Shown in pieces: positions 60,753 through 64,000 of a DNA stretch of 64,000 bases. Location of the stretch: NCBI GenBank assembly GCA_965112735.1, contig OZ218957.1, positions 2,914,001-2,978,000 of the forward strand. Direction: 5' to 3'. Origin of the DNA: Phaeosaccion multiseriatum (lineage: Eukaryota > Protista > Ochrophyta, other classes). Below the pieces are notes generated by a model that saw nothing but the letters and a program-made list of their open reading frames with translations, made no database searches and was not told the origin of the DNA. The translations under genes were made by a program, and so were the position numbers. Each line of letters opens with the position of its first letter. The first letter of the stretch is position 1.

Positions 60753-62889
60753 ATGGGGAAAAACGCGTTCCTGATGCTGTCGTGGAGCCTGGCAAGGCTC
60801 TGCACTGCAGGGGCGCTCACACCTTCTGCGCCCAAGGCAGCAAGAGCACCTGCGCAGGGGTGGGGACCAACCCCCATTCGAAGCGTTGCACAGGCCTCGC
60901 AGGTCTCCTGCCGCTATGGCCTTTACCGTGGCCAACGAGTAGTGCGCACGTGGCCGGGGGGAAGCAGCAGCAGCGGTAGAGGAAGGGTGGTGGTGGTGGC
61001 AGGGGCAACAGAGCAGACCGGAGAGCCCAGTACTTTCGGCACGGAGACCCCTCAGCAGGAGCAGCAGCAGCAGCAGCAGCTCGTTTCAGTCGCCTCTTGT
61101 CCTGAAGGGGAAGGGAGCGGACGACCCGTTGTGAGCTTTCCAGGTCAGACTTTGTTTCTAAAAGGGGGATGTGGGTGTGTGTGGTGTGCGTGAAGCGTTC
61201 CATGTCGCTCCATTCATCACCTCAGTGTGGAGTTTGGGGTACGAAACGGAAGGATGATACATGGCTGCTGCGACACATCACACGCCGCCCCGATCGTCCT
61301 CTATTCATCTGTTTCTTTCGTTCTTCTTACTACGTCTCATCGCTCCATACCTCTGTCGGACCCATCATGATGTTCATGCTTTGGTATCGCCATCGGCAGG
61401 CGGAGGGATCTACTTTTGGTACCAGGCAGGGGTGATAACAGCGCTGAACGACTACTACGACCTCTCCGAGGTGAGAGCGAGACCACCTCCTCAGACCACC
61501 ACCTCAGGCCTCAGGCGGTGCACCTGGGGAAGAGAATTGAGAATTGGCGGATCATGAATTGTGGGCATGGACGGGCGCTTGAAAGAGAATGGGCATACCA
61601 TGAGTGGGCATGGCCGGTCAATCAAAGAGGCTGACACGTGTAGAGGCCAGGGGAAGGGTGGATTAGCGAGCGACGACAGCAGAGAATACGTGCGGCGGGC
61701 AAGCGCGAGGCACATACTCTATCTAAACACGTCTCCCTCCTGTCCCGACACTTCACTCCACTCTCTCCCTCTCATTACCTCCCTCTCTCTCTCTCTCACA
61801 CACTCACTGCCTCCCTCCCTCCCTCCCCCCCCCTCTCTCACTGCCTCCCTCCCTCCCTCTCTCCCTCTCTCTCTCTCTCTCTCTTGGCACTGCCAACACA
61901 GGTCGACTTTGTGGGTGGGTCGGCGGGAGCGTTGTCCGCCTCTCTGGCGGCTTGTGGAGCGGATATGGACAAAGCTATGGACTTGGCTCTGGCGCTGTGC
62001 GACGAGAATGGCGTGTGGGACCGCCCCCTCGGCTTGGGAGGAGTATGGGGCGGTATGGTGCGCAGGTGCGTGTATGTGTGTGAGCATGTGTCTGCGTGTG
62101 TGTGTGCGTGTGTGTGCGTGTGTGTGTGTGTGTGGAGGAATAGAATGAGAGTGACAATGTAGATATATTTCCTGGATCGATCACAGGGCATGCCAACATC
62201 GCTGTAACCCAACACCTCTCTCTCTCACCCCTTGACCTTCCTCGCTTCCCTCCCCCCCTCTCTCCCTCCCTTCCTCGCTCGCTCCCTCCTTCCTTCCCTC
62301 CCTCCCTCAATCCCTCCCTCCCCTCAGCTGGCTGAGGGACCTGCTGCCAGACGACGCCCACTCGATATGCAAGGACAGAGTTCACCTCCTCGTCATGAGA
62401 GTACGTCTATGGCCCCCTCCTTATCGGCGACTTGTAACCGACTTTGAGTCGAAAGACGACCTTATCGACGCGCTCATGGCATCTGTCCACGTGCCCTACT
62501 TTATGAACAAACGCTTCTCAGCACGCTACAGAGGCAAGCGGTACCTGGATGGGTCCTTCCGGGCGAGTCGGGAGAAGCTCTCGCTCGGGCTCGGTCAAAG
62601 GCACACCGCATGGTTCCATCACACGGCTGATCCCCAAGTGGACACCAAAGAGATGGGCGGGTTTTTGGCTCTCACCACGCGAGAGGGCTTGCTGCAGATG
62701 AGAGGGAAGGGATATGCGTATGTGGAGAGGCTGCGAAGAGAGGGGCAGCTCGACTTCCTGCCGCAGAGGGAGGGGAGGGGCGGCGGGAACGGTGAGGGTA
62801 GCAGCACGAGGAGGAGCGTGGAGGGGGGAGAGAAGGAGGAGGACCAAGCCGCAGCAGCAGGAGCAGTTGGTGATGCAGCGGCACGATGA
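60753..62889 (+). CDS. Patatin-like phospholipase (PNPLA type), 4 exons
   Basis: SFPGGGIYFWYQAGV oxyanion loop, GGSAGAL nucleophile elbow, ASVHVPYF and YLDGS catalytic Asp. Exons 60753-61143, 61400-61470, 61902-62065, 62328-62889; N-terminal targeting-like extension. Confidence 0.9.
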
Positions 62890-64000
62890 CAGCGCGGGAG
62901 GGCGAGAGAGGGAGGGGAGTCGGCCCGACCAAGCCACTGTCTGTATGATGCTTCCTCCGAAGCTCCCGCGAGCAGCAGACGACTGCCTCGGTACTGTGAG
63001 AGGCACCTCAGAGGCTCGGCCAAGGGCATGCAGGCAAAGGAAGGGAAGGGAGTGGAAAGTCGCTCTCTTTTGGCATGGCGGCAGGGTGCGCAGGCAGAAA
63101 CCGGTAGCACCACCACCACCACCACCAGGAGCATCAGCATCAGCAGCAGCGGCAGCAGCACCAGCAGCAGCAGCAGCAGCAGCAGGAGCAGGAGCAGGAG
63201 CAGCAGAGCAGCAGTAGCAGCAGCAGCAATGGCAGTGGCAGGACCAGTCACACCCGCAGCAGCAGTAGCAGTAGCAGCAGCAGCACCACCACCACGAACT
63301 CGGCTGCGGCAGCAGCAGTAGTAGTTTGTAGTACAGCAGCATGGGCGGTGGAAGCAAGACCAGGGTTGAGGCAAGGGGCACGACCTTCCCCATCCAGGAC
63401 ATAACCGTGCTGGGATAGGTCATGCCCGTATGCCCGTGCTCGGAAAGGGTGGAAGGTTTGACAGATCAAACGGGGCAGGACCCTTTGACTACGCACTGGG
63501 AAAGGAGACTAGGTCATGCCCATATGCGTAGGGCAGGGCCTTCGGCTTGGACCTGCAGTACCGCCCAGCTACCCACCCGCACGTTCATTTTTTCCCAGTC
63601 GGATGGTCCTGCCTGACTGCCTACCCCTTGGCCCGTCTTCAGGGGCTTGAGGACCACCTGTGTGCGGGGGATAGGCTCGTAGGACTGTAGGTTGTAGAGG
63701 AAATTAGATGAAGGAGGCGAAGGAGGCTGAAAAAATAAAAAAATAAAAAATGAAACAGAATTGTCATCTGTGAATTTACTGCCAACAAGCCAGAACTGAA
63801 ACTCCATTAGAGCCACCATTTTGCCAACACAAAGCGTTGGACACAAAAACACAGCCAAGACCAGCTCCATAAGGAGTGTGAGCAGCGAGAAGCAGCAGTG
63901 AGAGAAGCGTACGTTTCCTGGGTGGGAACGCCCTTCGTCGGAACATGGGGAAGAAGAGGACCGCGAAGGGGGGAGAGGCGAGTGCCGAAGGCGTGGCTCG

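Noticed and set aside
62518-63423. Cys-rich ORF (CCCCYCYCCCGC...) resembling another metallothionein
   Set aside because: The Cys runs come from the reverse strand of a degenerate (GCA)n microsatellite; no MT-like spacing or paralogy.
63248-64000. Possible minus-strand exons (SYEPIPRTQVVLKPLKTGQG; HGHTGMTYPSTVMSWMGK) or a plus-strand start near 63945
   Set aside because: No recognisable homology and truncated by the window edge; no model can be supported.

Overview
Gene-dense, intron-rich eukaryotic DNA. Several proteins carry a signal peptide followed by Phe (ASAFAP-like bipartite presequences), which points to an alga with a secondary red plastid (inference: an ochrophyte/stramenopile). 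Recognisable genes: Patched/Dispatched (SSD) membrane protein, a long coiled-coil protein, three intronless F-box-like/ankyrin-like paralogs (one pseudogene), an armadillo-repeat protein, CCB2-like protein, xylulokinase, a CFAP97/IQ protein, GT31 galactosyltransferase, an RS-rich/SnoaL-like fusion, ERG24 sterol reductase and a patatin. Main observations the ORF track misses: (1) a tandem array of three 4-exon, 23-Cys, three-domain metallothionein-like genes with conserved non-coding blocks; (2) a 14-bp motif AGTTGGTGATACAG, 9 exact and about 12 near copies, inside unrelated genes in three different reading registers and in introns, so apparently maintained or spread at nucleic-acid level; (3) a 215-bp TGT...ACA MITE with a 4-bp TSD and a degenerate relative upstream of a metallothionein; (4) a ~300-bp fold-back between divergent ankyrin paralogs; (5) a spliced 59-aa Gly-rich microprotein and a 132-aa plastid-targeted orphan. 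All exon models are manual, from GT/GC-AG sites and phase matching, without transcript or database support.
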